Assembly (NCBI GenBank): GCA_045589955.1
Contig: JAZNQD010000009.1
Coordinates: forward strand, 184,876-248,875
DNA from: Bacilli bacterium
Lineage (GTDB): Bacteria > Bacillota_I > Bacilli_A > ML615J-28 > CAG-313
DNA: 64,000 nucleotides
Direction of reading: 5' to 3'
The position numbers and the translations under genes are program-made. The notes beneath the pieces are model-generated. The model worked only from the letters and a program-made list of their open reading frames with translations. It had not been told where the DNA came from and made no database searches. Below are positions 18,755-28,522 of this stretch, piece by piece (the stretch's first letter is position 1; every line of letters begins with the position of its first letter).

Positions 18755-20272
18755 ATGTTAAAGACTTTTATTTGTGAATATTGCGGAAAAGAATATCAAG
18801 CCGATCCAGATTTAGGAGTTTGGCAAAAAGATGATACACAGAAAAAAAGTCAAATTGGAGTTTCTTGTAAGAGATATTGCTGTTATAAATGCGGTAAAAA
18901 AGCTCGCGCAGAGAAAGTTTCAGCTCAATGGCAAAATAAATCTATAGATGAAGTAAATGCCGTTGTCAGTAAGCGAAAAAAGGCTGTTAAACCACGTATT
19001 TGTAAAGTGTGTGGTAAAGAGTTTATTCCAAATGGTCCAACAGGTAATGCAAAAGGCGTATATTTATGTTCAGACGAATGTAGAGAGAAACATTTTCGCT
19101 TAATTCCAGATAGCGGTATAAAGAAATGCCAAAATTGTGGTAAAGAGTATCATTATGAATCTGGTCAAGGTAGTTGGGATAAAGATAATAACCTAGTAAA
19201 AGTAAATGGATTAGGACATGAATTTGTAGTTAAAAGTCATAGATTCTGTTGCTATGAATGCGGAATTAAATATAAAGAAAGAAAAAGAAAAGTAAGTAAT
19301 ATTGTAAAATACGGTAGGGTTAGCCCATTTCAAGATACCGACTTTAGAAAAAACTTTATTGAAAAACAAAAAGAAAATGGTACATTGTTTGTATCTAAAG
19401 GCGAACAAGAAATAAAAGATTGGTTAGAATCATTAGGCGTAAAAACAGAACATTATATAACTGGAAATGGATTAAATGATAAAACACCCCGTATTGAAAT
19501 TGATATTTATATTCCAGATTTAAAAATAGGCATAGAATATAATGGTGTATACTATCATAGTGTAAATGGTATTAAAAAAGATAGAATAAATACAAGATAT
19601 CATTATAATAAAAGTAAATGGGCACAAGAAAATGGTATTGAATTAATTCATGTATGGGAAGATCAATGGCTTAATAAAAAAGAATTAGTAAAAAGCATTA
19701 TAAAAGCTAGACTCAACCTAATTGATAAGAAAGTTAATCGTATTTATGCCAGAAATTGCGAATTACGTGTATTATCAACTGAAAAATATCGAGAATTTTG
19801 TGAGTTGAACCATATTCAAGGCTATAAAAAAGCAAGTATTAAATTAGGCTTATTCTATAAAGATGAATTAGTACAAATTGCTTCTTTCGGAAAAGTAAAT
19901 AATAGAGGAAAAGCCGTTACCACTAATAAAAATTATGATTATGAATGGGTACGTGGCTGTCCTGCTTCATTAAGTTATGTCGTCGGTGGTACTTCTAAGC
20001 TATTTAAATATTTTATTAAGAATTATACGCCTTCTTCTGTATTATGTTATGCAGACTGGAATCTTTTTAATGGCAGAGGATATAAAGAATGCGGTTTTGA
20101 ATTAGCGGGATATACTGGACCAGATAAATTCTATGTAACCGCAGACCATCATTATATAAGAAAAGGACGAGATCCTTATAACTACAAAGAATTAATGAAT
20201 CTCGTCCAATCTAATAAACTTTGGCTTTGCTATGGAGCTGGCTCTATGCGTTTTGTTTGGAATAAAAGCTAA
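18755..20272 (+). mobile_element. Free-standing putative homing endonuclease (Zn-finger repeats plus PD-(D/E)xK/Vsr-like nuclease and C-terminal domain)
   Basis: Probable start is ATG 18755 after AGGAG. CxxC...CxxxC repeats and IEIDIYIPDLKIGIEYNGVYYH; oriented opposite to both neighbours. Confidence 0.7.
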
Positions 20273-20292
20273 ATGTATATGATATGAAAGTT

Positions 20293-20580
20293 TTATTCCG
20301 GTAATTCAACTTTAGTAAATGTTAAAACATCTTCTGTAGTTCCATTTCCTTGTTGGCCATATTTGTTCCAACCAGCACCATAAAGATTTCCTTTATCAGT
20401 TAAATACCATGTAGTATATCGTGAAATCTTAACTTTAGCGATAATCTCTCCATCTTCTAAAACTAAAGGAGGTGTTTCACCATACATAGAGTATGTAACT
20501 ATATTATCACCACCCATTTTTTCGATTGGTGAACGGCCAAATGCTATATCGTGTGAAGTTTGTCTAAAAAGAATTGGCAT
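20293..20580 (-). CDS. Single-repeat RCC1-like protein (short paralog of the neighbouring gene)
   Basis: Shares N-terminus and C-terminus with 20600-21904 but has one TWYLTDKGNLYGAGWNKYGQQG repeat. Confidence 0.7.
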   Translation of the reverse strand: MPILFRQTSHDIAFGRSPIEKMGGDNIVTYSMYGETPPLVLEDGEIIAKVKISRYTTWYLTDKGNLYGAGWNKYGQQGNGTTEDVLTFTKVELPE

Positions 20581-20599
20581 ATTTTATTTTTCCTTTATA

Positions 20600-21904
20600 T
20601 TATTCTTTTGGAAGTTCGATTTTAGTAAAAGTTAATCTATTGGTTGTAGTCCCATTACCGAGTTGACCCTTAGTGTTTCTACCGCATGCGTATAAATTAT
20701 TATCATTATCTATATAGAAAGTCGTAACAGACGATGCAGCTATGTATTTTATATTTTCTGCGACTTTGGTAAATGTAGTAATATCTACTTTATTGCCAGT
20801 TCCTAATTGACCGTAATTGTTATTTCCATAACTATATAATTCATTTTTATTATTTGTATAGAAAACAGTCTCAGTATCCCCACAAGTGAAATCTTTTATA
20901 TTTTCTGTTACTTGTGTAAATGTAGTCACTTTATTATCGCTATCTCCACCTGTCATAAATAATATATTATCACTTGTCAAATAAAGAGTTTTAGTATTTA
21001 CACAAATAAAATCTTTAACATTAGAAGCTCTCTTAGTGAATTTCTTGACATTGGTTGTATTACCAGATCCTTGCTGACCATAGTTATTATGGCCGCAACC
21101 ATAAAGATTATTATCATTATCTAAATACCAAGTAGTGTCAAGTGAACATTTAATATCTTTTACATTTTCCGCTCTTTTGGTAAACAAAGATGCATCTGTT
21201 GTTGATCCTAAGCCTTGTTGACCGTATTCATTTCTACCTGTTCCATATAGATCATTATTGTTATCTATATACCACGTGGTATAGTCCGAACATGTTACAT
21301 ATTTTACATTCCCGGCTCTTTTAGTAAATTTGGATACATTATATTGAGTACCGGTATATCCATTGCCTTGAGCACCGTCACCCGCATTTCCACAACCATA
21401 TAAATTACCATTGTTATCTATGTACCAAGTTGTTTTTGCAGAACAAGCAAATAATTTAACATTCTCTGCTCTTTTAGTAAATTCTAATACGGATTTTACT
21501 GTATGACCTGCACTTTGTTGTTTACTATCATTCCATCCGCAACCGTATAATTCACCATCATTTGTTAAATACCACGTTACGGTTGCAGTATAAGTAGCAA
21601 AAAATGAACAATCGAAATCTTTGACGTTTTCAGCTCTTTTTGTAAAAGTATTTACTTGAGTTGTATCTCCACTTCCTTGTTGACCTGTGCTGTTATCTCC
21701 ACAGCCGTAAAGATTTCCTTTATTAGTTAAATACCAAGAATTATTTTCGACACATTTGACTTTTAATATGTATTCTCCATCTTCTAATACAACGGGTATA
21801 TTTTCTCCATACATACTATAAGTGATTGCATTTCCGCCCATTTTTTCAATGAGTGAATGACCAAAAGCGATGTCGTGAGAGGCATTATTAAAAATTATTG
21901 GCAT
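20600..21904 (-). CDS. RCC1/BLIP-II beta-propeller repeat protein
   Basis: About eight T(W/F)Y(L/I)...LYGCG.N..GQ.G.G....FTK repeats. Confidence 0.85.
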   Translation of the reverse strand: MPIIFNNASHDIAFGHSLIEKMGGNAITYSMYGENIPVVLEDGEYILKVKCVENNSWYLTNKGNLYGCGDNSTGQQGSGDTTQVNTFTKRAENVKDFDCSFFATYTATVTWYLTNDGELYGCGWNDSKQQSAGHTVKSVLEFTKRAENVKLFACSAKTTWYIDNNGNLYGCGNAGDGAQGNGYTGTQYNVSKFTKRAGNVKYVTCSDYTTWYIDNNNDLYGTGRNEYGQQGLGSTTDASLFTKRAENVKDIKCSLDTTWYLDNDNNLYGCGHNNYGQQGSGNTTNVKKFTKRASNVKDFICVNTKTLYLTSDNILFMTGGDSDNKVTTFTQVTENIKDFTCGDTETVFYTNNKNELYSYGNNNYGQLGTGNKVDITTFTKVAENIKYIAASSVTTFYIDNDNNLYACGRNTKGQLGNGTTTNRLTFTKIELPKE

Positions 21905-21957
21905 TACTAAAAAATACTCCAGATAATGATGTATATAACTGTTATTTTAGAACCTGG

Positions 21958-22542
21958 TTAACGTCCTTTACGAGCATTATTCCAACATGACCTACATACG
22001 GATTTATATGTTACATCATCTTTTTCTATAGCAACGGCCTTACCTGAGTTATCTAACTGACCATTAATGTATCTTAAATGCATGGACGCTTTGTTTTGAC
22101 AGTTTGGGGTTTCACATATTGTTTCTAGTTCTTTAATTTCATCTGCTAATACTAATAAATCGGCTGCGCCTTTAAATAAATTACCGTTAACATCTGTTTT
22201 TAAACCGTATGCAATGATATCTATTTTTTGTTTTTCTACGATATCTGTTAAAAATAATGCATCATCACGACTAATAAATTGTGCTTCATCAACTAAAATT
22301 ATACCGTAGTCTAATTTCCAAATTTCATCTTTAATACTTTCAAAATAGTATGCTGGAATAGGATCTTTTATTAGGCGAGAAGAAGTAGTACCCCAACCAG
22401 ACTGTTTTCCTTCTCTATCATCTATTTTTGGTTTTATAACAACAGGATTTAAACCTTTTCGTTTATAAATATCATATGTTTTGATAAGTTCTGTTGTTTT
22501 ACCTGCTCCCATGACGCCATAATAAAATTTAAGTTTAGCCAT
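21958..22542 (-). CDS. tdk: Thymidine kinase
   Basis: YYGVMGAGKTTELI, ILVDEAQF, YGLKTD, C-terminal zinc site (Y.SVCRSC). Confidence 0.95.
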   Translation of the reverse strand: MAKLKFYYGVMGAGKTTELIKTYDIYKRKGLNPVVIKPKIDDREGKQSGWGTTSSRLIKDPIPAYYFESIKDEIWKLDYGIILVDEAQFISRDDALFLTDIVEKQKIDIIAYGLKTDVNGNLFKGAADLLVLADEIKELETICETPNCQNKASMHLRYINGQLDNSGKAVAIEKDDVTYKSVCRSCWNNARKGR

Positions 22543-22667
22543 TTATCCCTCTTTTATTAACCAAATGAAAAGTATGCATAATTCAATAAAAAGAGTTAAG
22601 GAAAATATACCTAATAGCAGAAATATCTTCCTTAACATCTTAATATCCTTATTTTTGTTATATTACT

Positions 22668-23336
22668 TTATAATAGAATACAAAATCCAAAAAGAAAACC
22701 ATATTCAATTTCAGTTAATTTATTTGCTCTATCTATCCAAGGTAATTCCATCCATTTAAATTTATATTTTTCATAAAATCTTAAATTTAATTCATACATT
22801 GGAGCTGACATTAAGCCAATAAATATCCAAATCCAACTTTGTAAGCAAATAGCAGGGACAGTCATACATAAAGTATATCTAATCATGTGATATATCATGT
22901 CATAAGTATAACCGTATCTTCTTCCCGACCATTTTTGAAGTAACCAAGCAAAGAAGGAGTAGTTTTCTTTTAAATACAGTAATAAATCCCAAATTTTATC
23001 TAATGGCCATTTGAACCATCTGTCGTAACGTGATACATCAGGATTTACAGTTCTTCCCATATCAGCAAAGGTGCCACCATGACCCCTTGACCAAAATTGG
23101 AATTGTATCCATGCAGTGATTAAAGAGGCGAAAATAATATTAACAAGTAGAGACTGCATTGGATAAAGTATTGCAACTTTATAATAAATTACTGGTAATA
23201 AAGCCAAAAGCATGACTGTTGTTTGTAAACTTCTATTACCGAGTACTTTATATGTTTCGTCAGGGAATAATCCGCCAAACCAGCGTCTTAAAAATCCCCA
23301 TAATGCTCCGTTTAATAAGCAACCAATAAAAGACAT
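22668..23336 (-). CDS. Trp-rich multi-pass membrane protein, unknown function
   Basis: Several hydrophobic segments; directly downstream of the endolysin. Confidence 0.5.
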   Translation of the reverse strand: MSFIGCLLNGALWGFLRRWFGGLFPDETYKVLGNRSLQTTVMLLALLPVIYYKVAILYPMQSLLVNIIFASLITAWIQFQFWSRGHGGTFADMGRTVNPDVSRYDRWFKWPLDKIWDLLLYLKENYSFFAWLLQKWSGRRYGYTYDMIYHMIRYTLCMTVPAICLQSWIWIFIGLMSAPMYELNLRFYEKYKFKWMELPWIDRANKLTEIEYGFLFGFCILL

Positions 23337-23361
23337 TTTTTATATTCCCTTACGTTTAATG

Positions 23362-24144
23362 TTATACAAGTTCTTTAATTTTTCGTATTAAAGATGCCAG
23401 ATTAGTTTCCTTTTTTAATACTATTTTAGAAGTACCAGAATTCAAATATTTACATAAATCAGAGTATTCAGCTTCATATCTTGATTTATATCTTGGAAAT
23501 CTGTTCGTACGGTACTCATAAAGTCTTTTTAAGAACATTTCTTTAGTTGTAGGTTTATATATTTCTACTACATTTCTAATCATTCCAAACGCTCCACCTG
23601 AACCATGCTGAACAACAGATGATTTAATTGCTGCTTGTATAGCATTATCTGTTGAACCCCATGTAGTAACTAAGTCTAAATTAGGATTTTTTGATTCATC
23701 TAAGCGTTCGTATACCGGAATAATTTGTTTGTGTAATAAAAAGTTATCATACAATCTTTGAAAGGCTTTTTCTGCAGCAAGTTTCTTCCAAGTGAGAATA
23801 AAATTTTGTGAGCCAATATAAGCAGCTTTTTGACCGCCGGCTTTTTCTAAAATTTTATAATATTTTGGAGAAGTTTCTTGTGCATACCTTAAAAAGAAAT
23901 CAAATGTAGATGGCTTACCTTTTCGTCTTTCCGTAGATATTTGCCATTTACCATACGAATATCCGCCATAACTATCTTTACCTATAGCCTGATATCCTTT
24001 ACCACCGTGTTCATATTTTGCTGTGATTTCATGATCATTATGCAAAGCAACACGATTAGTTTTTGCCTCGATTGGTTGTGCGAATAATAAAACGAGACTT
24101 ATTACTCCCGCACTTAATCGTGACATTTTGTTTTTATATATCAT
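23362..24144 (-). CDS. Putative endolysin/muramidase (VgrG3-C-like lysozyme fold) with signal peptide
   Basis: ITAKYEHGG...KDSYGGYSYGKWQIS motif. Start is probably ATG 24144 (AGGAAG RBS) rather than 24210. Hydrophobic N-region ends IEA. Confidence 0.6.
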   Translation of the reverse strand: MIYKNKMSRLSAGVISLVLLFAQPIEAKTNRVALHNDHEITAKYEHGGKGYQAIGKDSYGGYSYGKWQISTERRKGKPSTFDFFLRYAQETSPKYYKILEKAGGQKAAYIGSQNFILTWKKLAAEKAFQRLYDNFLLHKQIIPVYERLDESKNPNLDLVTTWGSTDNAIQAAIKSSVVQHGSGGAFGMIRNVVEIYKPTTKEMFLKRLYEYRTNRFPRYKSRYEAEYSDLCKYLNSGTSKIVLKKETNLASLIRKIKELV

Positions 24145-24319
24145 ATTTATCTTCCTAGTTTCTTCCGCCTCTTTTAATGCTTTCAAAACTATTATTCTAA
24201 ATTTTGACATAATCTATAGAACCTAGGAAGGCATCTTTTTTCGAAAATTAATCTTCCAAATAGTATATTCTTTAAAATATTTATTTTCAAATCAAATACT
24301 TATGTAATTACTAATTTAT

Positions 24320-25681
24320 TTATAAGGAGATGAGATTTTCGCCTTTTTCTAAAAAATCTAAATATGAAATGGCTGTTTTTTGTGCAGCATTGGAATATTG
24401 ATATAATGGAGTTTGTTGATAAGCTAATTGTGCGTTATATATAGCTCCCACTAAAGCATCTGCCATATCTTTTAATTCAGTTGTACGTGTTACCTTGTTT
24501 TTATCTAATACCAATGCTTCCAATTCTTTTTTAAGCTTAGGACAAATTCCAACTTTTACGTGTCCTAATTCAATTAAGCTAGAAGCATTAGTATACGGCT
24601 CTAATTTAGTATCAACAGACAATTTTTCAACTTTAGTAAAACAATTAGATGCTTCAAAAGTCTGTAACATAATTAAACTATTCCATTGGTCAGCCGAAAT
24701 TGTATGAATTGGAATATTTTTTTCTACTACTAAATCAATACATAGATTTTGAATAGCACGTACATCTATTTTATTTTTTGCATTAATAGCTAAAAGTAAA
24801 TCTATTATATAAACAGTCTCTTTTTCATGTGTTGTTTCGTTTATTTGCCATTCTTTGTGTAAAATACATAATGCTGCATCACATTGACCATTTGAACCAC
24901 CTCCAGCTAAATCAATATGACAAAATCTTTCTGCTTTAGGTGCTCTTTTGAATTGCCATTTACCATTTAAATTCTGTTCAAAGATATCTTTAGGAAGACA
25001 CTCTAATAAATTAACATTATCGTGTATATTAGCGTCCAAATATAATTCAGAAGTTAAAGTAGGATCTTCTAATCGAGTTGTATCTCTAAATACAGCATTA
25101 TTATCACTAGTTGTCATACCAGCAATATCTTGAATCGATTGGTCTAATTGCAATTCAAATTTACTTTTATATATCGTAGGTACTTGAATTAACTCACAAC
25201 CAGTAGGAGGATTATAATTACCTTCTTCAATAGCTTTTAATTCACCGGGGTCAGTTATTATTTTACTCGGAATACTACCATTACCTACCATCACAGGAAA
25301 TGTTGAACCATCACCCACGAAGTTAGGATCGGGTTTTACTTCCCAAAGCATAGGTTTTAACATAAGAATGCTAGGATCATCCATTGGTAAATGTCTAATG
25401 TATTCACCCATGGCACTATTCGTAGTACGGGCAGACGATACAACCGATTGAAATACTAAATCTGAGCCTTGGAAACGTGAACTAAATCTGTTGTCTAATG
25501 TGTTTAACAGTGAGATTGCTTCTTCTACTCCCTTTTCATTGATCTCATCACAGTTATGGGCATAAAGGGCTTGACCATTATCTAAGGCTATCATAAAATT
25601 ATGATCTTCACCTTCTACTTTTAAATCATATACTGGAGTAGGCTCATTTAATACTATTTTTTCTATTTTTTTAATCTTCAT
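24320..25681 (-). CDS. terL: Terminase large subunit, C-terminal part: Int-C (43 aa) plus C-extein (Walker B Asp-Glu and nuclease domain)
   Basis: MKIKKIEK...VYDLKVEGEDHNF...AHN then CDEINEK; HIDLAGG...D and KDMADAL RNase H-like motifs; GGGAGG RBS before ATG 25681. Confidence 0.85.
   Translation of the reverse strand: MKIKKIEKIVLNEPTPVYDLKVEGEDHNFMIALDNGQALYAHNCDEINEKGVEEAISLLNTLDNRFSSRFQGSDLVFQSVVSSARTTNSAMGEYIRHLPMDDPSILMLKPMLWEVKPDPNFVGDGSTFPVMVGNGSIPSKIITDPGELKAIEEGNYNPPTGCELIQVPTIYKSKFELQLDQSIQDIAGMTTSDNNAVFRDTTRLEDPTLTSELYLDANIHDNVNLLECLPKDIFEQNLNGKWQFKRAPKAERFCHIDLAGGGSNGQCDAALCILHKEWQINETTHEKETVYIIDLLLAINAKNKIDVRAIQNLCIDLVVEKNIPIHTISADQWNSLIMLQTFEASNCFTKVEKLSVDTKLEPYTNASSLIELGHVKVGICPKLKKELEALVLDKNKVTRTTELKDMADALVGAIYNAQLAYQQTPLYQYSNAAQKTAISYLDFLEKGENLISL
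25553..25681 (-). mobile_element. Split intein C-fragment (Int-C)
   Basis: Block F VYDLKVEGEDHNF, terminal His-Asn, +1 Cys. Confidence 0.85.
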
Positions 25682-26963
25682 AAATAAACTTCCTCCCAAA
25701 TCGTTCCTCTATATAAGATAAAAAAGCTTCTATGCCTCCAACTTTATTTATAATGGTTTTCCAAATTGGTTCGGTATTTGCCAAACGTGAGCCAGTTGAC
25801 CGATGTGAGTTAAAAATACTTTCGTTAATTATTATTCCATCTATTCTTTTCAATACATTCCAAGCTCTACCCATAGATTTTGCTAGGTTTGCTTCTTGTT
25901 TTTCTTTTTCTGTTTTTTTACTCCAACATAAAGCTTGACTTTTAGCTAATTTTAGACGACTTTCTTTTGAAGAAACTTTTGGAAACAAATGATTTAGTTC
26001 AGCAGTTCTTTTTCTGTGTTTTTCGGATTTATTATAAGCAATAATCTTTTTTCTAGCTATTTCTATACGTTCTGGAGTAGATGCCGCCTGCTTTTTTCGT
26101 TTTCGTACTTCCGCTTTATGTATTTCATTTACTAGCCAAACATAATATAAATTTTTTGCATCAGATAACCAATCAAGAGTCATTAAAATTTTCTGTTGAG
26201 ATTGCTTTAACTTTGTTTCACTAATTTTTTTACTTTTTCTTAAAATAATTTCAGCTGGAAGAAAAGGAGCTCCTTCTCCACCATCACTCAAATTTGCTAA
26301 AATACCCGATCCAGTGCTTCTTTTCCCATATTGTTGTATTAATTGCTTTTCTAGGGTATATGCTTCGTTTAAAGTTAGAGCTGTTTTTACAATTTTTATA
26401 TCTGGTGTAAAATTTCTAGATAGTATATCTCTAATAATACTTTTTTTGAGAATATTTGGGTCTTGTCGTAAGGCTTTGGCAGTAAAATGTGTTGCTGCAC
26501 GGCTATATTGTGTATTAAATATAGGTGAAATTGTATTGGAATGTGAACTTACCCCAACATAAAAAGGTAAGTTAAAGTTTTTTGAGTCAGGTCTATTATC
26601 AATTAACTCATATACATAGGCTTGGTTTTCAGATGCAATTTCATCGTCTTCTGTTAAATACTGCGCTTGTTTATATGCTACACCATTTTCATATATAATA
26701 TAGGGATCATCTAGCTTAGGATTACTAATAACAAAAGGATGATCTGGTGTACATGTAATGTATTTATTATCTTCATAATAAATTTTGATTAATTCTGTTA
26801 CTTTTCGTGTTTCTTGAACATCTAGAATCTTTACTTCTTTTTTTATTCCATTTCTATCAACACTGTATGTTTTAAAATTAATTCCATTTTTAAATTGACG
26901 TAATAGACTCGCAAATGTAATTATTCCATGATTTGTATAAACTTTTGTATCACCAGTAAAACA
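25671..26963 (-). mobile_element. Intein N-fragment with fused GIY-YIG (LEM-3-like) homing endonuclease
   Basis: Cys1 codon at 26963-26961; VYELID...PFYVG...R...H...E..LI..YG...G.LANLSDGGEG at about 26621-26271. Confidence 0.8.
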
Positions 26964-27740
26964 AAATGAGTTTACAACGTTATAACCAGTGAAGTGGCCT
27001 TGATTACTACCACAAGTAATAATTATGTTATCTGGAAAATAAATATTGCCTGTACTTTTTTCACAAACAAATGGAATAGGACAATTTGGATTAGTGAGAT
27101 CGAAATTTTCAAAAGATCGTTGTGACATAACTCTTTGAAAACAAGGCATACTTTCCATTAATTTAACGAAAGGTAAAATATTTGTTTCATAAACTTGTTT
27201 CAAAGTCATTGATATTACTACATTTGCTATTGTAGCATCTTGGTCAATGTTAAAAACAGATCTGGGATATCTTAAGCATAAAATTCTATATAATGCATAT
27301 ACAAAAGCCTTGCGTGCTACAGTACTTTTTCCAGATCCAATACATCCGCTAAATATAACTTTACGGATAGGAGAGCCTTCTTTAAATATTTGATTTAATT
27401 GAGTTTTCCAAAAGTCATAGAGTGTTGCATTTGAATAACCCATAAAAAACTTATTTGATAAAAATTCTTCAATTGATGGTACAGGTCTTTTATATAATAT
27501 TATATCTGTTTGCTCAATAAATGAGTCATCTTGATTAGTCAAAGTTAAATATAAGCTAACGCGTTGATATATTTCAGGCTTTGCTTTTAATACATCGGGT
27601 AAATAATTTTCTTTATAATAATTAAAAATATCTGTAAAATCTAAAGAAGTAATAATTTTTTGAAATTCATCAGTTATATCAAATTGAACTACAGGTAAAT
27701 TCTCTAATTTTTGTGCAATGTCAAGAGGCAGTTGCTCCAT
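25671..27740 (-). CDS. terL: Terminase large subunit, N-terminal part: N-extein (259 aa, Walker A) plus Int-N plus GIY-YIG endonuclease
   Basis: FSGCIGSGKST Walker A; VVNSF then CFTGDT intein block A; ITCTPDHPF block B; ends with TAA at 25671. Confidence 0.85.
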   Translation of the reverse strand: MEQLPLDIAQKLENLPVVQFDITDEFQKIITSLDFTDIFNYYKENYLPDVLKAKPEIYQRVSLYLTLTNQDDSFIEQTDIILYKRPVPSIEEFLSNKFFMGYSNATLYDFWKTQLNQIFKEGSPIRKVIFSGCIGSGKSTVARKAFVYALYRILCLRYPRSVFNIDQDATIANVVISMTLKQVYETNILPFVKLMESMPCFQRVMSQRSFENFDLTNPNCPIPFVCEKSTGNIYFPDNIIITCGSNQGHFTGYNVVNSFCFTGDTKVYTNHGIITFASLLRQFKNGINFKTYSVDRNGIKKEVKILDVQETRKVTELIKIYYEDNKYITCTPDHPFVISNPKLDDPYIIYENGVAYKQAQYLTEDDEIASENQAYVYELIDNRPDSKNFNLPFYVGVSSHSNTISPIFNTQYSRAATHFTAKALRQDPNILKKSIIRDILSRNFTPDIKIVKTALTLNEAYTLEKQLIQQYGKRSTGSGILANLSDGGEGAPFLPAEIILRKSKKISETKLKQSQQKILMTLDWLSDAKNLYYVWLVNEIHKAEVRKRKKQAASTPERIEIARKKIIAYNKSEKHRKRTAELNHLFPKVSSKESRLKLAKSQALCWSKKTEKEKQEANLAKSMGRAWNVLKRIDGIIINESIFNSHRSTGSRLANTEPIWKTIINKVGGIEAFLSYIEERFGRKFIYED

Positions 27741-27779
27741 AATATACGCTTCCTTTTTTAATTTTATACACTAAATATA

Positions 27780-28475
27780 TTATTCGTGTTCAGTAAAATC
27801 GGCATCAACAACTTTTTTCTTTGGTAATGGTATATTGGACCAAGCACGTATTGATGTATTCATAGCAGCTACTTCTTTTAATTGACCGACTTGTTGAGGT
27901 TGAGCGTTTAAAGTATTATTTGTAACAGTAGAATTTTCTCCTGTTGCTAAATTAAGATTAACTACTGTTCCAGAACCTTGACCAGGCATTGCTCCAGCTC
28001 CACCGTTAATATTTGCCATTGCTTGTTGTGCGTCAACGCTAGATACATCAGATAAATCGTTATATATTTGAGCGGTTGTTTGTAAGTCTAGGTTATCGAT
28101 ATTATTTAATAAGCGCTCTAAAAGTTTTGCCTTTAATGTTTCTGCTACTACATTATTTCTCATACGTGAGTTCATAAAGTTTTCACACCAAGCAGTAATA
28201 ACTGTTTTTCTTTGTTCAGCTGATTCGTTACTTCTAATTAAGGCTAATGTTTCCGCAACGTTATTCATTTCAACTAAAGCTTGTAACATACCTTTATTTT
28301 CTTCATTTAAAGATGAATTTTTTACCATATCTTTTTGTTCGGATATAGTAGGTAGAGGCATTTCTTCTTCAATAGGCATTAATGCTTGGGTATTAGTTTC
28401 AATAATTTCACCGGTAATTGGATCACAATTCGGCTCAACTTCTTCAACCCACATTTTTGGTAAATCATCACTCAT
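27780..28475 (-). CDS. Possible terminase small subunit
   Basis: Helical protein directly upstream of terL; position only. Confidence 0.35.
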   Translation of the reverse strand: MSDDLPKMWVEEVEPNCDPITGEIIETNTQALMPIEEEMPLPTISEQKDMVKNSSLNEENKGMLQALVEMNNVAETLALIRSNESAEQRKTVITAWCENFMNSRMRNNVVAETLKAKLLERLLNNIDNLDLQTTAQIYNDLSDVSSVDAQQAMANINGGAGAMPGQGSGTVVNLNLATGENSTVTNNTLNAQPQQVGQLKEVAAMNTSIRAWSNIPLPKKKVVDADFTEHE

Positions 28476-28509
28476 GTTAAGTAAAACCTTTATTTTATTA
28501 CTATTTATA

Positions 28510-28515
28510 TAGAAC
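28510..28515 (-). promoter_or_regulatory. GTTCTA box upstream of the terminase genes
   Basis: GTTCTATATAAATA. Confidence 0.5.
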
Positions 28516-28522
28516 GGTGTTG

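Noticed and set aside
20293-21904. RCC1 pair as a DGR template/variable repeat
   Set aside because: Differences are spread over all bases and synonymous sites rather than confined to adenines, and no reverse transcriptase is in the window.
22668-23336. Calling the membrane protein a holin
   Set aside because: Only adjacency to the lysin supports this; there is no holin motif and the lysin appears to have its own signal peptide.
25671-25711. Terminase break as a pseudogene or programmed frameshift
   Set aside because: A dedicated RBS, an ATG exactly at the Int-C boundary and the genome's usual 11-nt overlap favour re-initiation, and there is no clear slippery site. An assembly indel remains formally possible.
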